From: Mobula hypostoma
Taxonomy: Eukaryota
Length of the DNA stretch: 64,000 nucleotides
Direction: 5' to 3'
Assembly (NCBI RefSeq): GCF_963921235.1
Contig: NC_086097.1
Span: forward strand, 234,548,001 to 234,612,000
The notes below the pieces were generated by a model that searched no databases, was not told the origin of the DNA, and saw only the letters and a program-made list of their open reading frames with translations. The stretch's first letter is position 1. The number at the start of each line of letters is the position of its first letter. The position numbers were made by a program, and so were the translations under genes. Of the stretch, positions 1-11,967 are shown piece by piece.

Positions 1-102
1 ATATCACACCGGAGGAAATATTGTTATCATTTCTCTAATGCATGCATTACCAAATGACAATAAAAAAGGATTAAGTGTCTTCATAATCTAAAAAAAAATC
101 CT

Positions 103-270
103 GGCATTTTCTGTAAGGACTCTATACGTCCCTCCCCGTGGATTGAGAGGGCTTTCCCTGGCTGATCCCGTTTCCACCCACAGTACAAAGGCATCCCTGG
201 TAGATTAATTGGTCATAGTAAATCGTCCCGTGATGAGGTTAGTGTTAGATGCTGCTCGAATAGTTGGAAG
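103..270 (+). mobile_element. Degenerate HE1/V-SINE-like SINE fragment
   Basis: Contains the tacgtcctccccgtg...ttccacccacagtacaaag...gtagattaattggtcatagtaaatcgtcccgtgat block; the same block recurs on the minus strand at about 26.7, 42.7, 43.0 and 48.9 kb. Confidence 0.65.
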
Positions 271-1142
271 GACCTACCAAACCTTACGTCGTCAAATAAA
301 CTAGATATATAAAAATAAAATCATTAACTGTAGAGGTACCACTGAAGAATAACAAACATGATTTCATTATCCCTTTTTTGGAGTTTAGTAATCAGAATGT
401 GGAATCTACAACAGCCTGTGAAATTCCCCTGTGGACAACGTTAAAATCGTAAAATCATCTTCTGGCACTGATAGTAAAAATAATGAAGTAAGGCCACAGC
501 AAGCACACTTGCAGAACATCATTGAAGAGCATCAACAGTGAAGAAGATAGAGTGCAGATTCAATTCATTAAATTGTATTTAAAATCCAAGATCATGTATG
601 TTCATATCTATTCAAAAAGTCAATGAAGATTTTAATGATATGATTTATGCATATCATATTAACCATGATTTACATTGTATATTTTATCAGCATGTGCATA
701 CTCAGTGCTTAATAATTCATATGCCAGTGGAGGCTGACTCTGTCCGTATTCACCGTGCCTCAGTTCAAGGCCAGTAATATCCTCTTCGAATGGCACGCAG
801 AGCACTTGCTTTCTGTCATTCCTTGGCAGTAGGCCAATCATTCCCACTGAGAAAGCATGCAATTATCCCCAAGGTGTACTGAAAGGCAGAGTTTTCAGCA
901 CAGAATTAGTTTCTAGTGTATACCGGATGAGACTGCAGGTTGCTTTGGAAGGATGGAGGTGAGTAATTGAGGGTACCATTGACTACGTAGGTGCAGCTGA
1001 ATGAGCTTTATACGCGTCGGGCATCACATCTTCTGTTATAAATCTGAGAGCCAAGGGAAGTTGGAGCGATCACAGATTATAAGCAACTGATTGCGGATCC
1101 TGGACAGATTTCCATCCGATAAAGGGAAATGGAAATTATCTG

Positions 1143-1165
1143 GTGTGTGTGTGTGTGTGTGTGTG
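1143..1165. repeat. (TG)n microsatellite, probably the 3' tail of the adjacent minus-strand element
   Basis: Direct GT run abutting the RTE-type 3' end. Confidence 0.85.
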
Positions 1166-1773
1166 ACAGTGTGGCCTCCATCAGTCATGTTCGACCATGG
1201 GTACTGTGCCTGTCGTAGTCACCGGGAGTGGCCTCTCCAGGGCGCAAGCCGGGCAGAGTTGCTACGGAGATCCGGCTGTTGCCCATTGCCCATGCAGTGG
1301 GACCACCCCCTCTCCATGCTGATGACAGGTCCAAAGGAACGAGGAAAGTTGATGCAGTTTGGTGCCAGCAGCATTGCAGGAGTTGCCGTGCCGGTGCTGG
1401 GTACAGCAGTCAGCCGCCTTCGGGACTCCGACTCCGGATTTTTCCTCCCAAAGCTTTTCTCATGAGTGGGTATAGCCGCAAGGCAGCGGAGGTTTGAAAT
1501 CGGAGTTTTCCCTCTCCTAGATGAGCTACCATCCATGGTTAACGAGCCCCATCTGCCCTGAGCAACTGGTTTTAAGGCGTCAGTAGCCCGCCTTTGCCCC
1601 TTCTCCTGTCAGTGAGAACAGCTCTGCCGGCCATAAGAGCCATGCCACACGTGAAAGCCGGGAGTTGGACTTGGTTGTCAGAGGCTGTTTGAGACGCACG
1701 CCATGAAGAGCATTTGTTTAGTAGTGGGAGCTCGTCTCCACTACCACCCTTTGGCTATGACTACCTTTGGAAC
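1166..1773 (-). mobile_element. Non-autonomous RTE-related element (about 600 bp, no RT ORF)
   Basis: Aligns by eye in reverse complement with 13217-13790; its 3' end (gtggcctccatcagtc...gaccatgg on +) resembles the RTE 3' end at 51833-51875. Confidence 0.65.
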
Positions 1774-1919
1774 TGATAGCTGATAAGATCCCATGAAATT
1801 ATCAAGTACAGTAAAACTCAGTTCATCTGCATGCTCAAGACTTTTGTTGACCTAGACATGGAGATTTTCCAGCTTTCAAATATCATTCTATTAATACTCT
1901 AATGCAGTTTTCACTCATA

Positions 1920-1982
1920 GACACAAGAGATTCTGCAGATGCTGGAAACCTAGATTAACATGCACAAAATGCAGAAGGAACT
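1920..1982 (-). repeat. Penelope-type terminal-repeat remnant; left arm of a palindrome split by the BEL element
   Basis: acacaagagattctgcagatgctgg...cacaaaatgcagaaggaact, the same motif seen at 52421 and 63320; the right arm lies at about 11253-11276. Confidence 0.6.
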
Positions 1983-2556
1983 TGGGTTGCCCTTAAAGCA
2001 TTTATTTAATTTTATTAAATTTCAACTTTAAATAATTTGTTTGTAACTATTTTCTAGTTAAAGTCAAAGGTTGATAACTACGTTATGGTTCAACAAAAGG
2101 TAAAATTTATTGTCTGTGGCATATCGCGGCATGTGATGACGTCACTTCTGGTTTTGCCGCGTCTTGTTGGTAACTTCTGATTTGTAGAAAACAACGGAAG
2201 TGAGGCTCACGCATGCAGTATGATTGTGAAAGACTCCATTTCTATCCACAAAGAAACATTATAGAGGCAATGCCGTAAGTTTGTATGACAGTAGACTTGT
2301 AGAAGTAACACTGATTCTGTTAAAAGAAACGACAGTTGATGAGGTTTCATTTACAAGTATTTATAATGCAAATGTGCTGTCAAGAATGAAACAGACACTG
2401 AATATGTTTTGTATTATTTTATCAACAGTTTTCACCATACGATGTTAATGTGGAAGAGTGAACAATAAACGGTTAACCTTATACGACTCTCTTCATTGGC
2501 TCCGGTTTAACTTGGTGTTTAGTCAGAATTTCAACACACTGCATGAGAACACTACA
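1983..2556 (+). repeat. 5' LTR of BEL/Pao element
   Basis: TGGGTTGCCC...GAACACTACA; direct repeat of 10658-11243. Confidence 0.93.
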
Positions 2557-2599
2557 GTGAAAAGGCAAAATCATTAGACGTTTCGACAAGTGGTACGAT

Positions 2600-5044
2600 G
2601 GCTTCGCGATCAAGCACCAAGTCATCTGCACCCAGCGCCAAGAGCAGAAGGATGTTGGCAAGTGTGGCTGCCCTCACAAGAGCTAAAACAGAAGCCGCCA
2701 AGGTGCGAGTGTCATATGCAGACGACTGAAGATGGAAAAGGCTGCCAGAGAAGTGGAAATTATCACAAGAGGTGCACAAAACCATTTGGAAAAAGTAAGG
2801 ATAGATACAGAGTTAGAAGTGCTGATGCTACAACAAGAAGCTGATGCAGCCGTGGTAGAAGCACAAGTGTGGGAAAACGCTGAAGACATGCACGTTCTAG
2901 ATAAGAATGGAAAATCTATATCAGAATGGGTCAAATTGGAACACACCAGCGAATACGTTCAATCTCAAATTGACCTGCAGAATCATTCTCCCTCTCCATA
3001 CTTGCCTGTTGGCGTCCCATCTCACGTGAAATCACAGGGAAGCTTCCCTAAATTGCGTCCACGTGGGGAAGACAACTCACAATTGCAACCTGGCAACAAA
3101 CTCAAGTATGAAAGTACTACTACTACAACGTTGACTCAGGCCTAAGGGGCTGGCGTCAGGCACGATGACGGACTCTCCACTTCTCCCTCTCCCTCATCAG
3201 AGTGTTCAATTCGTCTACATTAGCCGTGCCGCTGTCTTCTAGGAGCGTGTTGACCATAGTCTTGGGAGGGCGCCCAGGGTTCATCCTCCCATGCTTGGGC
3301 TCCCATATGATGACTAGGCTGGAGGTAGCTCGGGGTGGCGTAGACAGTGCCCCGCTAGCTGCAGTCTTCTCACCTCGATTTTAGTGGTGAGCATCGGTAG
3401 GTTGTTATAGAGCTCGAGGTTCGTCATGTGCTGTTGCCAACTCACGTCAAGAGCCATCCGGAGCATTCGTGTATAGCAACCATCTAGAGACTTTCACATC
3501 GTCTTGGTGAGTGTCCACGTCTCGCATCCGTACGTGAGAATGGACTCTATGACTGCTATGAAAATCCTCTTTTTAAGCCCTCTGGTCAGGTTTGACTTCC
3601 AGATTTCCTTCATGTCGTTCATAGCCCTCCACGCCAGTGCCTTCCGTATCTTTATGTCCTTCTCCGAACTCATCATTCTTGACCCGAGGTACTTGTAGTC
3701 AAAGACTTTCTTAATGGTATCATTCTCCATAGTCTTGAGAGTACCTTCGTCGCAGTTAAACGCCATGTACTCTGTCTTTTTAGCGTTTAGGTGAAGTCCA
3801 ACTTTATTGCACTCAATTTCCACTTTTGTCAGTAGCTGCTGTGCTTCCTGCATCTGGTCAGAGAGCAGGACTATGTCATCTGCTAAGTATGAAAGGGCTC
3901 ACTACAAATATCTTCCGACACCAAACTTATCAGATTCGGCAAAAGCAGAGACAAAGGCTGAAGTCAGAACATCAAATCCCGTCATGAGCGTACATGCTCA
4001 GTCATATGCCCCCCAACATACTCCCCCAGCTAGCACGCCACCTGCAGCAGAACCCTTGGCACAGTATTTAGTGCGATGAGACCTCATCAATTCAGGACTG
4101 TACCAGTTTGATGATAAGCCTGAAAATTACCGTGCGTGGTACTCCTCATTCACCAGTGCCACTGGCGGAGTCCGGCTCACAGCAACCCAAGAGTTGGACC
4201 TTATGACTAAATGGCTGAGAAAGGAATAAAGTGAACAGGTGAAACGCATACGCTCAGTGTACGTCAACAACCCCAAGCTAGCCTTACACAAAGCATGGGA
4301 GAGAGATTTCGGGACTGCTATGCGGCCCCTGAAATTATTGAAAGGGCACTATTTCAATGGCTGGACAATTTTCCTAGGGTGTCAGCGAAGGACCACACTA
4401 AATTATGAGATTTACTCATGGAGATTGAAGGTGCTAAAGAAGATGGCTATTTAACTGGCCTGTCGTATCTGGATACTTCACACGGAATTGGACCAATTGT
4501 GGACAATCTTTCATTAGGGCTGCAGGAAAAGTGGATGTCTATTGGTTTGTGGTCCATTCCCTCCTTTTGAGTATTTTAGTAGGTTTGTGTACAATGAGGC
4601 GAAGAAGTGAAATGACCCTAGCTTCATGAATCAAGGTGGCACCACAACTCACACACCAAGCCAGTCAAATCCATTTTAAACAATTTTAACATCAATAAAC
4701 CCGTCTCAGTGTACAAAATCAAAGTCTCCACAACCAACGATGACCCTAGCAAGAATTGTCCATTGCACAACAAACCCCACCCCCTCAAAAATGCAGAATG
4801 TTTAGAAACAAACCCTTTGACGAAAGGAAGGCCCTTCTCAAGGAAAAAAGAATACGTTTTAAGTGCTGTTCCTCTACCTCCCACCTCGCTAAAGAGTGTA
4901 CGTTCCCCATAAAGCGTTCGGAATGCAACAGCACTAGTCACGATGGGGCCATGCATCCTGGAACGTCAGCGGAAACTGCCAAGGCTCCTTCACCCTCACA
5001 ACAGGACGGCAGGGAGGGAGAGGATCACTCTGAAAGAACTATTG
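2600..5044 (+). pseudogene. BEL gag, disrupted by stops, frameshifts and an RTE insertion
   Basis: Coiled-coil ORF 2732-3145; fragments 3900-4600; Cys/His knuckles CPLHNKPHPL..C, FKCCSSTSHLAKEC, SECNSTSHDGAMH. Confidence 0.8.
3115..3884 (-). mobile_element. 5'-truncated RTE-clade LINE nested in BEL gag
   Basis: 11-bp TSD AAGTATGAAAG (3104-3114, 3885-3895); begins at ADDIVLL of RT; ORF 3494-3853 GLHLNAKKTEYM...YKYLGS...ILTYGCETWTL; (TAG)n tail. Confidence 0.9.
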
Positions 5045-7205
5045 ATCATGGACAAGGGTAGATCTGGTCCTAGGGTTGAAGTTCTGAGCTGGAAGAAGGC
5101 CAAATTTGAAGAAATGAGAAAGGATATAAAAAGCGTGGATTGGGATAGGTTGTTCTCTGGCAAAGATCTGATCAGTAGGTGGGAAGCCTTCAAAGGAGAA
5201 ATTTTGAGAGTGCAGAATTTGTATGTTCCTGTCAGGATTAAAGGCAAAGTGAATAGGAATAAGGAACCTTGGTTCTCAAGGGATATTGCAACTCTGATAA
5301 AGAAGAAGAGGGAGTTGTATGACATGTATAGGAAGCAGGGAGTAAATAAGGTGCTTGAGGAGTATAAGAAGTGCAAGAAAATACTTAAGAAAGAAATCAG
5401 GAGGGCTAAAAGAAGACTTGAGTTTGCCTTGGCAGTCAAAGTGAAGGATAATCCAAAGAGCTTTTACATGTACATTAAGAGCAAAAGGATTGTAAGGGAT
5501 AAAATTGGTCCTCTTGAAGATCAGAGTGGACGGCTATGTGCGGAACCAAAGGAAATGGGGGAGATCTTAAACAGGTTTTTTGCATCTGTATTTAGTAAGA
5601 AAACTGGCATGAAGTCTATGGAGTTAAGGGAAACAAGTAGTGAGATCATGGAAACTGTACAGATCGAAAAGGAGGATGTCCTTGCTGTCTTGAGGAAAAT
5701 TAAAGTGGATAAATCCCCGGGACCTGACAGGATGTTCCCTTGGACCTTGAAGGAGACTAGTGTTGAAATTGCAGGGGCCCTGGCAGAAATATTTAAAAGG
5801 TCGCTGTCTACAGGTGAGGTGCTGGAGGATTGGAGAGTGGCTCATGTTGTTCCGTTGTTTAAAAAAGGATCGAAAAGTAATCCGGGAAATTATAGGCCAG
5901 TAAGTTTAACGTCGGTAGTAGGTAAGTTATTGGAGGGAGTACTAAGAGACAGAATCTACAAGCATTTGGATAGACAGGGACTTGTTAGGGAGAGTCAACA
6001 TGGCTCTGTGCGTGGGAGGTCATGTTTGACCAATCTATTGGAGTTTTTCGAGGAGGTTACCAGGAAAGTGGATGAAGGGAAGGCAATGGATATTGCCTAC
6101 ATGGACTTCAGTAAGGCCTTTGACAAGGTCCCGCATGGGAAGTTAGTTAGGAAAATTCAGTCTCTAGGTATACATGGAGAGATGGTAAATTGGATCAGAC
6201 ATTGGCTCAATGGAAGAAGCCGAAGAGTGGTAGTAGAGAATTGCTTCTCCGAGTGGAGGCCTGTGATTAGTGATGTGCCACAGGGATCAGTGCTGGGTCC
6301 ATTGTTATTTGTCATCTATATCAATGATCTGGATGATAATGTGGTAAATTGGATCAGCAAATTTGCTGATGATACAAAAATTGGAGGTGTAGTAGACAGT
6401 GAGGAAGGTTTTCAGAGCCTGCAGAGGGACTTGGACCAGCGGGAAAAATGGGCTAAAAAATGGCAGATGGAGTTTAATACAGACAAGTGTGAGGTATTAC
6501 ACGTTCGAAGGACAAACCAAGGTAGAACATACAGGGTTAATGGTAAGGCACTGAGGAGTGCAGTGGAACAGAGGGATCTGGGAAGACAGATACAAAATTC
6601 CCTAAAAGTGGCGTCACAGGTAGATAGGGTCGTAAAGAGAGCTTTTGGTACATTGGCCTTTATTAATCAAAGTATTGATTATAAGAGCTGGAATATTATG
6701 ATGAGGTTGTATAAGGCATCGGTGAGGCCGAATCTGGAGTATTGTGTTCAGTTTTGGTCACCAGATTACAGGAAGGATATAAATAAGGTTGAACGAGTGC
6801 AGAGAAGGTTTACAAGGATGTTGCCGGGACTTGAGAAACTCAGTTACAGAGAAAGGTTGAATAGGTTAGGACTTTATTCCCTGGAACGTAGAAGAATGAG
6901 GGGAGATTTGATAGAGGTATATAAAATTATGATGGGTATAGATAGAGTGAATGCAAGCAGGCTTTTTCCACTGAGGCAAGGGGAGAAAAAAAACCAGAGG
7001 ACATGGGTTAAGGGTGAGGGGGGAAAAGTTTAAAGGGAACATTAGGGGGGGCTTCTTCACACAGAGAGTGGTGGGAGTATGGAATGAGCTGCCAGACGAG
7101 GTGGTAAATGCGGGTTCTTTTTCAACATTTAAGAATAAATTGGACAGATACATGGATGGGAGGTGTATGGAGGGATATGGTCTGTGTGCAGGTCAGTGGG
7201 ACTAG
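5045..7205 (+). pseudogene. CR1 ORF2 reverse transcriptase portion (no endonuclease; +1 frameshift at the A-run near 6990)
   Basis: ORF 4943-7033 plus 7014-7205; 8 A's here versus 7 in the sister copy near 12615. Confidence 0.9.
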
Positions 7206-7283
7206 GCAGAAAATGGTTCGGCACAGCCAAGAAGGGCCAAAAGGCCTGTTTCTGTGCTGTAGTTTCTATGGTTTCTATGGTTT
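5045..7283 (+). mobile_element. 5'-truncated CR1 LINE nested in the BEL element
   Basis: TSD CTATTG (5039-5044, 7284-7289) whose removal restores BEL ERTIVSLSC; RT motifs KSPGPD, YRPVSLTS, DFSKAFDKV, VPQGSVLGP, FADD; repeated gtttctatg tail. Confidence 0.95.
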
Positions 7284-7289
7284 CTATTG

Positions 7290-10200
7290 TCAGCTTGAGC
7301 TGCACAGAAGTTTGTGGTCCTGGTCAGTCGAGCCATTCGTGCTCAAAGATCTGCCTCACTAAGGTATACCCTAAGGGAGCCAACGACAAGGCCATCAAAG
7401 CCTATGTAATTCTGGACAACCAGAGGAACTGCACATTGGCCAGACCAGAGTTCTTTGAGTTGTTCAGCATACAGAGTAATCCATTCTCATACTACCTCAG
7501 AACTTGCTCTGGCATTGCAGAAACTTCTGGCAGGAAGGCAGAGGGCTTCCAGCTCGAGTCACTGGATGGCAAAGTTGTCATCTGTCTCCCTCCACTCTTA
7601 GAGTGCAACAGGATCTTGAATAACTGATCCGAGATTCCGACGTCAAGTGCAGTGCTACACCAGCCCCATCTCCACCACATTGCCAAGTGCATCCCAGAAC
7701 TCAATCCGGAAGCAGAAATACTCCTGCTACTTTGAAGAGACATTCTTAGGGTGCACAAAGTCAGGCAGCAGGTCAATGGACCACACGACACCCCCGTCAC
7801 CCAACGTCTGGATCTGGGCTGGGTGATGATAGGAGAGGTGTGCCCTGGCAACGTACACAAACCAACAGTTAACACGCTCAAGACTAATGTGCTAGAGAGT
7901 GGCCGCCATTCACTTTTTCAACCCTGCACAAGCTTTATGTGTATCAAGGAAGCACAACAAAACTTTAACAAGCTTAGTAAAGTAACTGAGAAGACACTGG
8001 GACAGTCAGTCTTCGCCCAAACTGAGCACGACAATAAACTTGCTCCATCGGAGGAAGACATCATCTTCTTAAAAATAATGGACACAAAGGTCTTTAGAGA
8101 CAAAGCAAACAATTGGGTCACCCCACGACCGTTCAGAGAACCACACCAGCGCTAGCCAAACAACAAAGAGCAGGCAGTCAATCTTTGCAATGAACCCTGA
8201 AAAGGAAACCCGAGATGCAGCAACAGTACGTGAAGTTCATGGAGAAGACCTTCGCGAATGGGCATACTGAGGTGGCGCCGCTGCTGAGAGAAGATGAGGA
8301 GTGCTGGTACCTCCCAACGTTTGGGGCTTGCCACCCGCAAAACCCCAATCAGATCAGGGTGGTCTTTAACCCCAGTGCCCACTGCGCTGGTATCTCCCTC
8401 AATGACGTGCTCCTCACAGGTCCCGACCTTAATAACGTCCTCCTTGGGATCCTGCTGCACTTCCGGAAAGAGAAGGTCACGGTTCTAGCGGACATCCAGC
8501 AGATGTTCCATTGTTTCTTAGTGCAGGAAGACCATCGCAACTTCCTCCGTTTTTTATGGCACAAGGACAATGACACCAACAAGGAAGTCATTGAGTACCG
8601 GATGAAGGTCCATGTTTTTGGCAATAGTCCACCTCCTGCCATGGCCATCTACAGGCTACGAGCCTACAATCTCAAGGCTTGAACTGTGCACAGTTGTTCT
8701 AGCTGTGGAAATAGCAGATCTTATCCAGGAAGAGCTAGACCTAAAGCTGGATGCCACCAAGTTCTATACAGACAGCAAAGTAGTGCTCGGCTATATCTAT
8801 AACAAATCAAAATGTTTCTACGTGTACATTCACAATAGAGTTCAACGCATCCACCTGTCCTCAAAGCCCGAACAATAGCATTAACAGAGGAAAACTCTGC
8901 AGACCACGCATCGAGATCCTCACCTGCATCCTGTTTGGCACTGACTTCCTCGTTCACCAGACCCTCCTTCCTGCATCAGCTACCAGCAGAAAAAACACAA
9001 CGAGTGAGACATTTAAGCTGATTGAACCCGAAAGAGACTGGGAAATCCGGCTGCCAGTACAAACCTGTGCCACCTACCTGGAAGAATCAATACGTACCAC
9101 TGACCGCTTTTAGCAGTTCTCCACCTTGAACTCCTTAGTGAGAGGAATTTTATTCGTCATCCACATCACCAGATCCAGCAAACACCCACCCCAAGATAGC
9201 AAATGCAAAGGATGGTACAAATGTGGCTTACCTCGCACCCCAGACGAATTGGCCCAGGCAAAGGATGTCATCCTTAAAGCAGCTCAAAGGGTAGCCTTTG
9301 CAAAGGAACTTTCAGCCCTCCAAGCTAGTAAACCAATACCCAAGAACAGTCCTTTGAGGAAACTCAGCCCAATCCAGGAGAACGATCTCATTTGCATTGG
9401 AGGCCGATTCACACACTCTTACCTTCCAGCTGCAGAAAAGAGCCCAGTACTCCTGCCCAAAGACAGCCACGTGTCATTACTGCTCACACGCCATCATCAT
9501 GAACAGGTAAGGCATCCAGTCCATCATCTGACGGAAGGAGCAATCAGGGCAGCGGGACTGTGGATCTCGGGAGGCAAAGCACTAATCAATTCAGTACTCT
9601 ACAAGCGTGTAACCTGCTGCAAACTGTGAGGGAAGCTGGAAGATCAACGTATGGTGGAACTCCCACCAGAACGCCTCAAAGCCTGCCCTCCTTTTATGTA
9701 TGTGCGGCTCGATGTATTTGGTCCCTGGACTATCACCAGCAGACACACCAGAGGAGGACAAGCAGAGAGCAAATGGTGGGCCATCATGTTCAGCTGCATG
9801 AGTTTGAGAGCTGTGCATATTGAGGTTATCGAGTCTTCAGATACATCCAGCTGCGTTAACGCTCTCAGGCGCTTTTTTGCACTAAGAGGCCCTGCAAGAC
9901 AGTTAAGATCCGACTGTGGCACAAACTTTGTTGGAGCGTGCAAGGAGCTTGGGATGGACAAAACTGTGCAAAGATATCTCAGTGAGCAGGGATGCAACTG
10001 GGAATTCAACCCACCACGCACCTCTCACACGGGAGGCTCTTGGAAGCGGATAATTGGCATCGCCAGAAGAATCCCTGATTCAATGTTTCTGCAGCAAAGC
10101 ACACGCCTGACCCACGAAGTACGGTGCACACTAATGGCAGAGGTCACAGCCATTATAAATGCGCGACCACCCCTACCTGTGTCTTTGGACCTGGAAAGCC

Positions 10201-10600
10201 CCTTCACACTCTCACCATCAATGCTCCAGACGCAGAAGGCAGGAGTTCCCCCTCCACCTGGAGACTTCTCGGACAAGGACTTATACACGAAGCAATGGAG
10301 ACAGGTTCAGGCTCTTGCAAATCAGTTCTGGGCCCGTTGGAGTCACGAATACCTACCTTTGTTGCAACACAGACAGAAGCGGACAGCACCTCGCAGGAAC
10401 CTTCAAGTTGGAGATCCAGTCTTGCTCAGGGACAAGTAGATCACCCACAACTGCTTGCCAATGGCCAGAATCACTGCCACATTCCCTGGAAGGGATGGAC
10501 ATGTCAGGAAGGTTGAGTTAAAAACTACTGACCAAGGTGATGTGAAAACTTACCTGAGACCATTTGCAGAGGTCGGTCTACTTCTACCTAAAGTCCGATC
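7290..10600 (+). pseudogene. BEL pol (protease, partial RT, partial RNase H, integrase), disrupted
   Basis: YVILDNQRN (protease-like), WYLP..IRVVF..SLNDVLLTGPDL..ADIQQMF..VHVFGNSP (RT), RLELC..YTDSKVVLGYI (RNase H), HHEQVRH..TCCK, LDVFGP, RSDCGTNFVG, INARP (IN). Confidence 0.9.
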
Positions 10601-10657
10601 TAGAGACTGAAGTTCGATACCATGTTCATTGTGACCTTACAAAGGTCAGGCGGGGAA

Positions 10658-11243
10658 TGTGTTGCCCTTAAGGCATTTATTTAACTTTATTATATTTTCA
10701 CTTTAAATAATTTGTTTGTAACTATTTTCTAGTTAAAGTCAAAGACTGATAACTACGTAATAGTTTAACAAAAGGTAAAATTTATTGTCTATGGTATATC
10801 GCGGTATGTGATGACATCACTTCTGGTTTCGCCGTGACTTGTCGGTAGCTTCCGGTTCATAGAAAACAAAGGAAGTGAGGCTCACGCATGCAGTATGATT
10901 GTGAAAGACATCATTTCTATCCACAAAGAAACATTATAGAGGCAATGCCGTAAGTTCATATGACAGTAGACATGTTGAAGCAAATATATTAACACTGATT
11001 CTGTTAAAAGAAACGACGGTTGATGAGGTTTTATTTTCAAGTATTTACAATACAAATGTGCTGTCAAGAATGAAACAGACACTGAATATGTTTTGTATTA
11101 TTTTATCAACAGTTTTCACCATGCGATGTTAATGTGGAAGAGTGAACAGTAAACGGTTAACCTTACTATGACTCTGTCTTCATTGGCTCTGGTTTAACTT
11201 GGTGCTTAGTCAGAGTTTCAACACACTGCACGAGAACACTACA
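10658..11243 (+). repeat. 3' LTR of BEL/Pao element
   Basis: TGTGTTGCCC...GAACACTACA; preceded by the polypurine tract and followed by the TSD. Confidence 0.93.
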
Positions 11244-11967
11244 GAACTACTAAGTTCCTCCAGCATTTTGTGTGCGTCACTCTGAAGTTTTCGTTCACCT
11301 TTTTAAAAATATTGCACTGCATGTCTTTTCCAGCGAACAAGTTTTTGGCCTTGCTGACATGAAGTATTGTGAGTAATTATATGGAATACATAACCAAACC
11401 ACAGTTAAGGGATGAACCTGGGCATCTGCTCAATACTCAGATACTGAGAAGCAGTGGTCTCTTCCGGGCCAAGCAAAGGTGTTTCTGTCTTTTGTAAATG
11501 TCTTTTTTTATGATCACAACACAATGCTGGACTTTAAGAATTTCAAGGTCTGCAGATCTATCAGTGAATTGCTTGGTAGCAGAGGAGCTAGACTTGGTGT
11601 GCACTGTGTCGCTGCCCACTACAGAAATACGTCAGAGTCAGTGTGTGATGCCAGTGCGCAGTCTAACAGCAAGTGATTGCCTTGGAAGTTTTTCCTACGA
11701 TCACAAGATCCTTTTGGACATTAGTAATGTAAAATACTACAAGTCCATTTCACTGGTTTAGTGGTGAGACTGATGGTGAGGAAGCTGTGTGGCTTTGGTT
11801 GTAGTGAGGACTAGGCCTCATGCTGTACGTTTGCCTGTTGCAGTCATCCTGGAGGGGAGATTCTGGAGCCGATGTGGTGCGGCATCCATGCTAGATTGGG
11901 GGATGTCCCTCTCATTGGTCCTGCTCTCCAATGTTTGCCTGGTAGAAGATAAGCTAGATTGCATATG

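Larger units (their letters stand above)
1983..11243 (+). mobile_element. BEL/Pao LTR retrotransposon, full-length but decayed, with two nested LINEs
   Basis: Two direct LTRs with TG...CA ends; TSD GAACT (1978-1982 and 11244-11248); purine-rich tract aaaggtcaggcggggaa before the 3' LTR; gag CCHC knuckles then PR, RT, RNase H and IN in BEL order. Confidence 0.95.

Noticed and set aside
917..964. Candidate 42-nt exon ending at GAG|GTGAGT
   Set aside because: Good donor but weak acceptor and no recognisable peptide
4943..7033. 696-aa ORF as an intact gene or a novel BEL-CR1 fusion protein
   Set aside because: The first ~34 codons are out-of-frame BEL sequence upstream of the CR1 TSD; the rest is a 5'-truncated CR1 ORF2 with a terminal frameshift
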